32,000 nucleotides of DNA from an uncultured Rhodohalobacter sp. (lineage in GTDB: Bacteria; Bacteroidota; Rhodothermia; Balneolales; Balneolaceae), in the NCBI GenBank assembly GCA_964422985.1, contig CAYRDO010000010.1, positions 4,420 through 36,419 on the forward strand, written 5' to 3'. Below are positions 16,515-23,916 of the stretch, piece after piece. A model generated the notes under the pieces. That model was not told where the DNA came from. It made no database searches and was given only the letters and a program-made list of their open reading frames with translations. Every line of letters begins with the position of its first letter. Position 1 is the stretch's first letter. Position numbers and translations under genes: made by a program.

Positions 16515-17030
16515 CTACTCCTGATTGTAGATTTTCTTCGCTAATAACTCAATGACAACTTTCTCTCTTTTCCCGATTCGTATAGCATCAACCAGAGACA
16601 ACATCTTATAGAGTTCTTGATCTTCTTTGCATGCATCCGGAACAGTTCGGTAGAGCGGTTTGATGGATATTCCTTTTGTGGAGAATCCTTTGGCCGGCCA
16701 TATATACTCATTATCCACTACAAAATCGTTCTTCAGTATTGGCGCGGAATAAGCTGTTGCCAATCCCCTGGCTACCCTCCCTTCAACCGCAGGGAATACA
16801 AACTTCAGGCCATAGACTAGAAATTCCAGGAACTCTTCTTTGCGAACTGTTCGCTTGTCATCTTCAAGTAGGCCCCCGATCGAGGATCTGTTTATTGATT
16901 CACTTACTTCCGAACCGCTTATGCGAAGCTGTTTAGAAATGTCCTTCAAAAGCCAGTTGTTATCTCTGAATAAAATGATCTTCAAAAGAACAACGATATC
17001 TTGGGGGCGCATTCCTTTATGTTCTTTCAT
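16515..17030 (-). CDS. Uncharacterised protein with N-terminal winged-helix-like DNA-binding region
   Basis: 171 aa. MRPQDIVVLLKIILFRDNNWLLKDISKQLRISGSEVSESINRSSIGGLL looks like a wHTH. It is followed by a conserved-looking C-domain (GRVARGLATAYSAPILKNDF...IWPAKGFSTKGISIKPLYRTVPDA...LVDAIRIGKRE). I cannot name a family. Confidence 0.55.
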   Translation of the reverse strand: MKEHKGMRPQDIVVLLKIILFRDNNWLLKDISKQLRISGSEVSESINRSSIGGLLEDDKRTVRKEEFLEFLVYGLKFVFPAVEGRVARGLATAYSAPILKNDFVVDNEYIWPAKGFSTKGISIKPLYRTVPDACKEDQELYKMLSLVDAIRIGKREKVVIELLAKKIYNQE

Positions 17031-17155
17031 AAGAATGGATAATGGCTTTTAATGAGTTTAACGGATCCTGCCGACTATCATATTAACATTTTCTCATTTT
17101 TACCAATTGAATTCCATTTAAGCCACTCCTGCAAAAAAAATCTGGCAAAATCAGA

Positions 17156-17911
17156 CTAAATCCTGATACCAAATCCATGCAACAAAACTAATCGAAGTCC
17201 TACATACGTCACGAGAATAGCGGTCAATACTCCGATAATTCGCACATTGAACTTCTCATTGGTCAGATATGATCCGATGCTTCCGCCGAGAACGACTGCA
17301 ATAATCAGTTGAAATATCAGATCTTGGTTAATTTGAAAGGTCCCTGCAACCGTTAATCCGATGAGTCCGGCAATTGAATTCACAAGAATAAATACGGATG
17401 CTAATGAGGCAATAGTTCTCGGATTTTTCCAATCCATTAGATTCAGGATCGGGGAAAGATAAATTCCGCCGCCAATACCCGAAATGCCAGCTAACAAACC
17501 AACACTTCCGCCTAATGAGAATTTTTTTGACAGGCTAAAATTTCTCGACTGAAGTTTATACTTCACAAATTTCAGGATCATAAAACAGCCTGCCATAATG
17601 AGTGCTGATCCTAGTATCAGAAAGAAAATCTGCTGCGTTAACCGAAGCTGTGCTCCGAAATAAGCCATCGGAATACTGACAACCAGAAAAGGCCAAAACT
17701 GTTTAAAATCAAATACTTGTTTCCGTATAAAGATGAGCGTACCGATGGTCACAACACAAACATTCAGAACAAGTGCGGTGGATCGGATCTCATAAAAGTC
17801 AGCAAAAAAAAGGCTTAGAATTGCAAGATAACTGGAGCCACCTCCAAAGCCCACTGAACTGTAGAAAAGAGCAATCAGGAAAAAGATGTATGGGAGGTAT
17901 TCTATATCCAT
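17156..17911 (-). CDS. TSUP (TauE/SafE) family anion permease
   Basis: 251 aa polytopic membrane protein built from two repeats. Glycine-rich motifs VGFGGGSSYLAIL and GISGIGGGIYLSPIL are typical of TauE/SafE. Confidence 0.85.
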   Translation of the reverse strand: MDIEYLPYIFFLIALFYSSVGFGGGSSYLAILSLFFADFYEIRSTALVLNVCVVTIGTLIFIRKQVFDFKQFWPFLVVSIPMAYFGAQLRLTQQIFFLILGSALIMAGCFMILKFVKYKLQSRNFSLSKKFSLGGSVGLLAGISGIGGGIYLSPILNLMDWKNPRTIASLASVFILVNSIAGLIGLTVAGTFQINQDLIFQLIIAVVLGGSIGSYLTNEKFNVRIIGVLTAILVTYVGLRLVLLHGFGIRI

Positions 17912-17960
17912 TTTTTAGTTTCACTATCGATGCCGATTTATTAAAATTGTACCCTTCCAG

Positions 17961-18017
17961 TTAGCCACTAAAACACGAAACCTCAAAATTTTTAGTGTTT
18001 TTGTGCTTTTGTGGCCT
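17961..18017. repeat. Copy A of a ~55-bp imperfect palindromic element (29 nt downstream of the moeA stop)
   Basis: Sequence: TTAGCCACTAAAACACGAAACCTCAAAATTTTTAGTGTTTTTGTGCTTTTGTGGCCT. Its reverse complement aligns with 26290-26344 through the shared arms GGC(C/T)ACAAAAGCAC and GTGTTTT(A/TT)GTGGCTA. The arms are mutually complementary, about 11 of 15 positions. Confidence 0.7.
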
Positions 18018-18045
18018 ACTTTATAAAATACTTAACCCACTTCAA

Positions 18046-19209
18046 TCAGATCAAAATGGTTTCAACCCTGTCCCCTTTTTGGACAGTTTTTGCCCCCCCT
18101 AAATAGACAAGAGCATTTCCCATTGCCATGGAGTGTAGCATGGATGAGCTTTGCCGGTTCAGGATAGATACGGTTTGATCTTCGACATTTGCTTTCAGAA
18201 AAATGGGACGATCTGAATTGTATTCAAAATCATGAGATACAGGAACTGAAATCCTCTTCAACCCGGTTTCAGTTGCCCCGCTAAATCTTTGCAGAAGCGG
18301 CAAAACATGGATGTAAAAACAGGTAAGAGATGAAGCGGGATTTCCGGGAAGAGCAAAGACAAATTTGTTCTCTTTTCGTCCGAAATAGATCGGCTTTCCC
18401 GGTTTCTGAAAGACTTTGTAGTATAACTGAGTGACTCCATTTTCCTCTAACGCCTGCTTTACAAAATCGTAGTCTCCAACTGAAATTCCGCCTGAAAGCA
18501 GCAGAACATCAGAGCGATCCAGGAAATCAGCGATGCCGAATTTGATCGCTGAAAAATTGTCTTCGATATGTGTTCTTCCCTGACATTCAAGCCCGAATCT
18601 GTTCAAGACGGATTTAAGAGCATAACTGTTTGACTCGTAAATTTGTCCCTCCCCTTTATTTTCCCCTGGAGGTACCAATTCATTTCCCGTACTGATGATT
18701 CGCACATCTGGTTTTTTGAACACCTTCACCCGGTTTAAGCCTAAAGAGCCGATCAATCCAACTGTTGCCGGAGATATAAAATGACCGGGCGAAAAAACCG
18801 TTTCTCCCAACGCTAATTCCTCCCCCTTTCGACGAATGTTTTGTCCTTTGCTGATCGGTTCATCTATGAACAGTGTGGAATCATCAACATGCGTTTTTTC
18901 CTGCATTACCACAGTTGTGGTATTCTTTGGAACTTTGGCGCCGGTAAAAATTCGCATCGCTTCGCCCGGTTGAAGAGCTCGTTCAGACGTATCTCCGGCT
19001 GGAATTTCCCCAACTACTTGATAGGTATCGGATATTCCCGAAACAGCGTAACCATCCATGGCGGAATTGTCGAATGATGGAAGATCGAAAGGTGATGAAA
19101 TCTCCTCAGCAAGGTAAAATCCATAGGAATTTTCGAGAGCAACCTCCTGAATGGTGGTTTCAACATCCTGCTTCTGTACAATTTGTAAAGCTTGTTCAAT
19201 TGAAATCAT
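18046..19209 (-). CDS. moeA: Molybdopterin molybdenumtransferase MoeA
   Basis: 387 aa. SPFDLPSFDNSAMDGYAV motif. MoCF-biosynthesis domain (DVLLLSGGISVGDYDFVK). C-terminal MoeA_C domain. Confidence 0.95.
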   Translation of the reverse strand: MISIEQALQIVQKQDVETTIQEVALENSYGFYLAEEISSPFDLPSFDNSAMDGYAVSGISDTYQVVGEIPAGDTSERALQPGEAMRIFTGAKVPKNTTTVVMQEKTHVDDSTLFIDEPISKGQNIRRKGEELALGETVFSPGHFISPATVGLIGSLGLNRVKVFKKPDVRIISTGNELVPPGENKGEGQIYESNSYALKSVLNRFGLECQGRTHIEDNFSAIKFGIADFLDRSDVLLLSGGISVGDYDFVKQALEENGVTQLYYKVFQKPGKPIYFGRKENKFVFALPGNPASSLTCFYIHVLPLLQRFSGATETGLKRISVPVSHDFEYNSDRPIFLKANVEDQTVSILNRQSSSMLHSMAMGNALVYLGGAKTVQKGDRVETILI

Positions 19210-20201
19210 TATCCGCCAATTTCAATCATAGAACGGTTCTGCTCGTAGTGCTCTTTTTCCATCTCTACATCCATTCCGTCTCTCGAGAATTTTTTCTCCT
19301 TGATGGAGCTCAAAATGATATCCTCAATCGATTTGCCATCTCTGTATGGATTGAGAAGATCAGTTTCTGAGGTTGCAAACAGGCAGTTTTTCATTTTACC
19401 GTCGGCGGTGAGTCGGATTCGATTACAACCCGCACAAAACGGATTTGTGATTGTACTCACAATCCCAAAATGTCCCTTAAATCCTTTCACTTTGTAATTT
19501 GCTGAGGTGCTGTGTTCCGGATCATCAAGCTTTTCAAGCTCACCGAATTTGGAATTCGCCGTTTCTAAAATTTCTTCTTTGCTGACTCCTTTCTCCCAAT
19601 CCCATTCGTTGCCTTTGAACGGCATAAATTCAATGAACTTCACACCTATATTCTGATCTTTCGTGAGATTGATAAAGTCATTGACCTCCATATCGTTAAC
19701 GCCTTTTATTAACACAATGTTTAGCTTGATATCGAAATCGTAATCGATGGCTTTGTTGATGTTCGCCATGATGCGATCGAAGTAATCCCGCTTGGTGATA
19801 AACACAGATTTCGACTTCTCGAGTGTATCCAGACTGATGTTAATTTTTCGCAAACCAACTTCCTGGAAGATGTCGAAATATTTATCGAGCACAATGCCAT
19901 TCGTGGTGAGTTTCAAAGTCACACCAAGCTTGGCGAGCTCCCGGACAAGATACTCCACATTTTTTCGAACTAACGGTTCTCCCCCCGTCAGCCGAATGGT
20001 ATCCACACCCAAATTGACAAATTTCTCTGAGATTCCGACGATCTCTTCCAGTGTCATGATTTTGGGTTTATCCGTCAGCTCAATCCCCTCCTCCGGCATG
20101 CAATAGAAACAGCGGAGATTACACCGATCCGTGATGGAAATCCTCAGATACGTGTGTTCGCGTCCAAATTTGTCGACAATTTGCGGCGTATGTTTAGTCA
20201 T
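19209..20201 (-). CDS. moaA: GTP 3',8-cyclase MoaA (radical SAM)
   Basis: 330 aa. LRISITDRCNLRCFYCMPEEG is the CxxxCxxC radical-SAM cluster motif. The C-terminal second cluster motif is CAGCNRIRLTADGKMKNCLF. The stop overlaps the moeA ATG (TAATG). Confidence 0.97.
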   Translation of the reverse strand: MTKHTPQIVDKFGREHTYLRISITDRCNLRCFYCMPEEGIELTDKPKIMTLEEIVGISEKFVNLGVDTIRLTGGEPLVRKNVEYLVRELAKLGVTLKLTTNGIVLDKYFDIFQEVGLRKINISLDTLEKSKSVFITKRDYFDRIMANINKAIDYDFDIKLNIVLIKGVNDMEVNDFINLTKDQNIGVKFIEFMPFKGNEWDWEKGVSKEEILETANSKFGELEKLDDPEHSTSANYKVKGFKGHFGIVSTITNPFCAGCNRIRLTADGKMKNCLFATSETDLLNPYRDGKSIEDIILSSIKEKKFSRDGMDVEMEKEHYEQNRSMIEIGG

Positions 20202-21090
20202 GTCTTTTACCTTTTAAAACTTGAAATACGTGCAGCAGATGTGGAAAAATAGAATCGATACATTCTTCAGCTCCCTTTGTAGAACCTGGAAGCGCCAGGA
20301 TGATCCTGTTGTCTTTAATTCCTGCTACGGATCTGGATAACATCGCATACGGCGTTCGTTCCTGTCCGTAGCGACGCATCTGTTCTTCAACGCCTGCAAG
20401 TGTGGTATCCAGCAACGGCCGGATCGTATCCGGGGTGACATCCCTCGGTCCTACTCCGGTTCCCCCGGTAAATATCAAAAGATCGGTTTGAGATTCTTTT
20501 ACAAGCTTCTCAATTTCTGAAGCCTCATCCGGAATAACCTTATAATCTGTCTCAAGACCATACGATTGCATTTTCTCTACGATCAGTTTTCCGGATCTGT
20601 CCTCTTTTTCGCCTTTTGAAACTGTATCAGAACAAACCACAATATGTGCTGTCAATCCTTCCGTATTTGTTTTGAAAGATGATTTTCCGCCGGTCTTTTT
20701 CAACAGTTTGATCGTGCTGATCTCTACACCTTTATCTACAGGTTTCAGCATATCGTACATGGTCAGAGCAACCACACTGACACCGTGCATAGCTTCTACT
20801 TCCACACCTGTTTTATAAATCGTTTTAACCGTCATATTGATCTGAATGTTCAATCCGTCGATCTCGTACTCAATGCTCGTCGACTCAATCGGCAGCGGAT
20901 GACAATCAGGAAGCAGATCCGGAGTTTTCTTCACACCAAGCAAGCCGGCAGCCTTCGACATCTCAAACACATTTCCCTTTGGGATCTGATCATTCTCCAG
21001 CAATTCAATCGTTTTTTTGCTGCTTGTCTTCACGATTGCCTGGGCAGTGGCAATTCGTAGTGTATTCGTTTTGTGAGTTATGTCTACCAT
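20194..21090 (-). CDS. moaC: Bifunctional cyclic pyranopterin monophosphate synthase MoaC / MoaB(Mog)-like MoCF domain
   Basis: 298 aa. The N-terminal ~155 aa are MoaC (MVDITHKTNTLRIATA...LPDCHPLPIES...EVEAMHGVSVVALTMYDMLK). The C-terminal ~140 aa are MoaB/Mog-like (IVVCSDTVSKGEKEDRSG...LLIFTGGTGVGPRDVTPD). Confidence 0.93.
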   Translation of the reverse strand: MVDITHKTNTLRIATAQAIVKTSSKKTIELLENDQIPKGNVFEMSKAAGLLGVKKTPDLLPDCHPLPIESTSIEYEIDGLNIQINMTVKTIYKTGVEVEAMHGVSVVALTMYDMLKPVDKGVEISTIKLLKKTGGKSSFKTNTEGLTAHIVVCSDTVSKGEKEDRSGKLIVEKMQSYGLETDYKVIPDEASEIEKLVKESQTDLLIFTGGTGVGPRDVTPDTIRPLLDTTLAGVEEQMRRYGQERTPYAMLSRSVAGIKDNRIILALPGSTKGAEECIDSIFPHLLHVFQVLKGKRHD

Positions 21091-21143
21091 TGTTTCGGTA
21101 TTCGGTATGTCGGTGATCAGTGTGTCGGTATTCGGTAAATCAG
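21091..21143. repeat. Tandem direct repeats (ACCGA-rich on the coding strand) abutting the moaC start codon
   Basis: Plus strand: TGTTTCGGTATTCGGTA (21091-21107) and TGTGTCGGTATTCGGTA (21121-21137), 16 of 17 identical with a 30-nt period. A partial copy TGTCGGTGATCAG lies between them, and ATCAG follows both the partial copy and the second full copy. On the minus strand the last repeat ends 4 nt before the ATG at 21090. Confidence 0.75.
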
Positions 21144-21171
21144 TAAGCCTGTTTACTGGTAATTTTTGAAT

Positions 21172-21546
21172 TCATTTACAGAAACTAGATGATTTTCTGA
21201 TCATTGTGCCGAGCATTTTACCTAATTTTTGATATTCTGATATTAACTACTTGGCTTCATTTTCATTAATGTATTCACAGTCGAGTGCGATTTCGATCCA
21301 ATGTTGGGTTTCTTGTTGTTCGTCATCGGTATCTGTGAGTTTACTGATAAAATGTTTTTCTTACCTGCGTTTCGCCCAAGCTTCAGCTATCTGGGTACCA
21401 ATAGATCTCGACAATCGTCGAACCTGATCCGTCAGTGAAAACTTCTCCTCATTCGGAAATTGCATAGTCAATTCAAAAATAGATGATGCCAATTCCCGTG
21501 ATAACATATAAACTTCCAAATCCCTAAAACTGTCAACATAACCCAT
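21172..21546 (-). pseudogene. Four-helix-bundle protein gene (TIGR02436 / 23S rRNA intervening-sequence protein family) interrupted by two in-frame stop codons
   Basis: The track ORF 21361-21546 gives MGYVDSFRDLEVYMLSRELASSIFELTMQFPNEEKFSLTDQVRRLSRSIGTQIAEAWAKRR*. Reading on in the same frame gives EKHFISKLTDTDDEQQETQHWIEIALDCEYINENEAK*LISEYQKLGKMLGTMIRKSSSFCK*. The total is 375 nt (125 codons) with no frameshift. The internal stops are TAA at 21361-21363 and TAG at 21247-21249. The whole reading matches the family pattern as I recall it (FxDLxVW..., LxDQxRRxxxSIxxNIAE, R.Y...F..KL, ET..WL, YI). Confidence 0.8.
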
Positions 21547-21584
21547 ATCAAATAAATTACATTATTAAAGTACCGACCTACCAA

Positions 21585-22016
21585 TCACTGATTCACCTTC
21601 CACTGATGGGTTTCATCTTCAAAAATTTCTTTACCGAAAATCGGGACTCGTTCTTTGATCTCATCAACCAAAAACTGATTGGCTTCTCTGGCTGCTTTTC
21701 TATGAGCCGAGGATGTAAATACAAAAAAGCATAGTTTGCCAGCCTGAATTTTGCCGAGGCTGTGATAAATATGGGCACAAGTGAGCTCAAACTTTTCAAA
21801 CGCTTCTTCCCGGATTTTATCGACTTCCCGCTCAGCCATCTCTTCGTAAGCGGTGTATTCAATGGTAGCTACTTTCTTGCCATCTATCTCATCAGCCCGC
21901 ACCTGTCCAAGAAAGATGCTGTGTCCGCCAATGCTCGTTTTGGACTGATGTTTTGCGATAGATTCTGAAATTTTCTCAGGGGGAATAGCACCCTGTACAA
22001 AAATCTTTTTAGGCAT
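21585..22016 (-). CDS. moaE: Molybdopterin synthase catalytic subunit MoaE
   Basis: 143 aa. Contains GGHSIFLGQVRAD...IEYTAYEEMAE...IYHSLGKIQAGKLCFFVFTSSAHRKAAREANQFLVDEIKERVPIFGKE. Overlaps the moeB stop by 8 nt. Confidence 0.93.
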   Translation of the reverse strand: MPKKIFVQGAIPPEKISESIAKHQSKTSIGGHSIFLGQVRADEIDGKKVATIEYTAYEEMAEREVDKIREEAFEKFELTCAHIYHSLGKIQAGKLCFFVFTSSAHRKAAREANQFLVDEIKERVPIFGKEIFEDETHQWKVNQ

Positions 22017-23052
22017 GAGTTTCCTGTTTTAAAATCGATTGAATGCCATCATCAACATTCACCAAATTTGTGAATCCAAAATTACTGCTGAGGTATTCAA
22101 TGGCTTTCTTACTTCTAATTCCGGATTGGCAAAATACATGAACCTGTTGGTCTTTCGGAATTTCATGAAGGCGATCCTCCAATTGATTTAGAGGAATACA
22201 GAGAACATTTGAATTCCGAGGTTTAGGTTCTTCAAAAAGATCGCGAACATCAAGATATAATTTGTCATTTGAAACCAATTCACATTTGATAATCTCCGGT
22301 TTCAAACCACGGTTTCTCACCCTATCAATTAGTTCTTCATTTCTTTGAAAATTTATCACTTGATCCTGATGTGAAAGCAAATCAATAATTTTCAATTTTC
22401 CGGAAATTACTGAACCCGTATTTAAAATCATTTTCATCGCTTCAGTAGCTTGCAGTGTACCTAAAACTCCGGGCAGAACGCCAATCACACCAACCTCTTC
22501 ACAACTGACATTTTGATTGGTCGTGGTTGGAAACAGACACCGATAGGTTGGTCCGCCTTCATAATTAAAGACCGATAGCTGTCCCTGGTACTTATAGATT
22601 GACGCATAAATCCACGGCTTATTGGTCAATACCGATGCATCATTAATCAGGTATTTTGTTTGAAAATTGTCAGAACCATCGATGATCAGATCATACTTTT
22701 CAAACAATTTGAGTGCATTATTTTCATCCAGCCGTTTAGGAATGGAAATGAGATTTACATCCGAATTCAGCTTTTGTAGCGCTGTTTTCGCAACCTCAAC
22801 TTTCGGTTTACCAACATCAGATTCTGTGTACAAAATTTGCCGATGAAGATTGGATAGATTCACCAGATCGAAGTCCATCAATCCCAACGTTCCGACACCA
22901 GCCGCAACTAAATACTGAGCGGCCGGGCAACCCAGTCCTCCCATACCGACGATCAAAATTTTGGCATTGCCTAATTTCTCCTGACCGGCTGAACCGACTT
23001 CAGGGAGCTTTATTTGACGGCTGTATTTTTTTGATACACCATTTTTCAGCAT
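22009..23052 (-). CDS. moeB: Molybdopterin-synthase adenylyltransferase MoeB/ThiF family with C-terminal rhodanese domain (MoeZ-like)
   Basis: 347 aa. YSRQIKLPEVGSAGQEKLGNAKILIVGMGGLGCPAAQYLVAAGVGTLGLMDFDLVNLSNLHRQ is the E1-like nucleotide-binding fold. The C-terminal rhodanese domain has an active-site Cys (VHVFCQSGIRS). Confidence 0.92.
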   Translation of the reverse strand: MLKNGVSKKYSRQIKLPEVGSAGQEKLGNAKILIVGMGGLGCPAAQYLVAAGVGTLGLMDFDLVNLSNLHRQILYTESDVGKPKVEVAKTALQKLNSDVNLISIPKRLDENNALKLFEKYDLIIDGSDNFQTKYLINDASVLTNKPWIYASIYKYQGQLSVFNYEGGPTYRCLFPTTTNQNVSCEEVGVIGVLPGVLGTLQATEAMKMILNTGSVISGKLKIIDLLSHQDQVINFQRNEELIDRVRNRGLKPEIIKCELVSNDKLYLDVRDLFEEPKPRNSNVLCIPLNQLEDRLHEIPKDQQVHVFCQSGIRSKKAIEYLSSNFGFTNLVNVDDGIQSILKQETHA

Positions 23053-23055
23053 ATG

Positions 23056-23304
23056 TTAACCTCCGGAGAATGGCGGCAAAAATGCGACTTCATCCCCATC
23101 TTGTAATAAACCGGTTGCTCCCATATTCTGATTGACCGCAACCTGGATCGATTGTGTATCAGAAAACGAATATGTTGAGAAGCAACGTTCTTTTAAATCT
23201 TCCACATCAAAATCTTCAGAATCCAGCTCTAAAACTTCTTCGTTTGTGCCGGTCTCTTCCCTAATCACACCGAAATATTTAATCGTGATCGTCATCATCA
23301 ACAT
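23056..23304 (-). CDS. moaD: Molybdopterin synthase sulfur-carrier subunit MoaD
   Basis: 82 aa ubiquitin-like protein ending in ...EVAFLPPFSGG (C-terminal Gly-Gly). The true start may be the third or fourth Met (MTITIKYFG). Confidence 0.88.
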   Translation of the reverse strand: MLMMTITIKYFGVIREETGTNEEVLELDSEDFDVEDLKERCFSTYSFSDTQSIQVAVNQNMGATGLLQDGDEVAFLPPFSGG

Positions 23305-23310
23305 TATTAG

Positions 23311-23916
23311 TTACTTCTTTTTATCAATCAGTTCAATATAGTCTTCTTCTGTATCAACATCGAAGGAGCCCTTTTCGAAAACGATAGTATCAATGTGTTT
23401 ACTGTTTTGAGCGATAATTTTCTTGGCTCCCACATCACCAGACAGCGTTAACAGGTCTGGAAAAAATTCTTTACCGAAAATGGCAGGGACACCAACATTT
23501 CCTTTATAACTGCAAGCCGTAATCTGTTGATCTCCGTTCGAATGTTTTACGATTAACTCCTCAATCAGTTCTTTACTCAAAAATGGCTGATCAGATAATA
23601 GAAACAGAATGCCTGCCAGCGAATCATTCAATTTCATCGATTCGGAAACTCCCAATCGAATACTGGATGCAATTCCTTCAGACCAATTCTCATTATTGAA
23701 AACAGTAACATTTTTTGGGTTGATGGATTCATGAATCTGATCGCCATTTGCACCTAACACTAAAATACTCGGAGTAAAATGAAACGGAGTGACTGCATCA
23801 ATCACATGCTGCAAGAGTGTTTTATTTTGATACTCCATGAGCTGCTTTGGCCGACCTAACCGGCTTGAGGAGCCGGCCGCCAAAATCACAACGCTAATGT
23901 TCGTTGATTCAATCAA
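23311..23916 (-). CDS. MobA/MocA-like nucleotidyltransferase, probable molybdenum cofactor cytidylyltransferase
   Basis: 201 aa. N-terminal VVILAAGSSSRLGRPKQL (NTP_transf_3). Lies immediately downstream of xdhC. The apparent TTG start at 23916 overlaps the xdhC stop (TTGA), and no upstream ATG exists in frame. Confidence 0.75.
   Translation of the reverse strand: MIESTNISVVILAAGSSSRLGRPKQLMEYQNKTLLQHVIDAVTPFHFTPSILVLGANGDQIHESINPKNVTVFNNENWSEGIASSIRLGVSESMKLNDSLAGILFLLSDQPFLSKELIEELIVKHSNGDQQITACSYKGNVGVPAIFGKEFFPDLLTLSGDVGAKKIIAQNSKHIDTIVFEKGSFDVDTEEDYIELIDKKK

Noticed and set aside
21091-21143. Possible CRISPR array or Moco riboswitch at the repeat cluster upstream of moaC
   Set aside because: There are only two full 17-nt repeats and a fragment, with 13-nt 'spacers' and no cas genes. 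That is far too short and too few for a CRISPR array. I could not find the conserved Moco-RNA-motif core by eye. An Infernal scan would be decisive.
21361-21546. Treating the 61-aa ORF as an intact small gene
   Set aside because: It is the N-terminal half of a four-helix-bundle family member whose remainder continues in frame past a TAA. It is better described as a nonsense-interrupted pseudogene spanning 21172-21546.
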